Of a stretch of DNA of 64,000 nucleotides, positions 63,389 to 64,000 are shown in pieces. Made by a program: the position numbers and the translations under genes. Positions within the stretch are counted from its first letter, which is position 1. Every line of letters begins with the position of its first letter. This DNA comes from Anolis carolinensis (Eukaryota): assembly GCF_035594765.1 (NCBI RefSeq), contig NW_026943820.1, positions 18,608,647 to 18,672,646 of the forward strand. The letters are read 5' to 3'. The notes beneath the pieces were generated by a model. That model saw only the letters and a program-made list of their open reading frames with translations. It did not search any database and had not been told where the DNA came from.

Positions 63389-64000
63389 GTGAGTCCCAGG
63401 TGAAGACTTCTTTCTGGTCTCTTATTGTTTTCTGTTACCCAGGGGATGAATATTCATTCAGAAGCCCCACTCAAAATGAACTAATTCTGTAGGATTCTGT
63501 TTAATGCAGATTGTTTCTCTTAGCCAAGTATTACATTGTCAAATATGCTGCCCTGGTCCCAGAGAGTAGTAGCCTTTCTATCCGGCCTCATTCTCCAAAC
63601 TTTTCCTAGAACGAAGGAGGAATGGACTTTAAAGTGGAGGAATCTTGTTACTTATAACCTAGCTGTAATGCAAGAAAGAGAACATGATAATATGAGAGCG
63701 ACTTGTTGTTAAACTATAATTCCCATCATCCCTACTGAGTAGAGCCAATAGTTAAGCGTCATAGAAGTTGCAACCGACAGTCTGCAGAACTGGCCTGATA
63801 CAGTTGTTAGTTGCCCATCTCTGATACAGAAGAACACTGAAACAATTAGACATTATTTATCACATAAGGAATTTGTGAGCAAACAGACTAAGACTTGTTC
63901 GTGGTTAAGACCAAGTATCGTAGTTACTAGATTATGCAGTGATTGATTTAGATCTGCCACGTCTATTTAATTACTTACCTTTTTTGTCAGTTACTATAAG

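Overview
Vertebrate genomic DNA, most likely an Anolis-type lizard judging from the Sauria-SINE, CR1, Penelope, hAT and Tc1/pogo MITE content. The gene order matches human 16q22.1: the last exon of TSNAXIP1 (+), a complete 12-exon CENPT (-, ~469 aa), THAP11/Ronin (+), NUTF2 (+) and the first 16 coding exons of EDC4 (+). Exons were reconstructed by hand from splice sites and reading-frame continuity. Main observations: (1) THAP11, single-exon in mammals, is split inside its coiled coil by a 1382-nt retroelement-derived insert. Its ~10-bp target-site duplication contains AGGT, so it provides a GT donor and an AG acceptor whose use restores the ORF exactly, which fits intron gain by transposon insertion. 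(2) NUTF2 has two tandem paralogous, intact alternative last coding exons, each followed by poly(A) signals. (3) Further points: Penelope-borne minimal hammerhead ribozymes, a ~105-bp near-perfect CR1 fold-back hairpin downstream of NUTF2, THAP11/ZNF143-type motifs carried by transposons (one inside the new THAP11 intron), a degenerate U12-type intron in EDC4, and a 4-unit tandem repeat in the THAP11 3' UTR.
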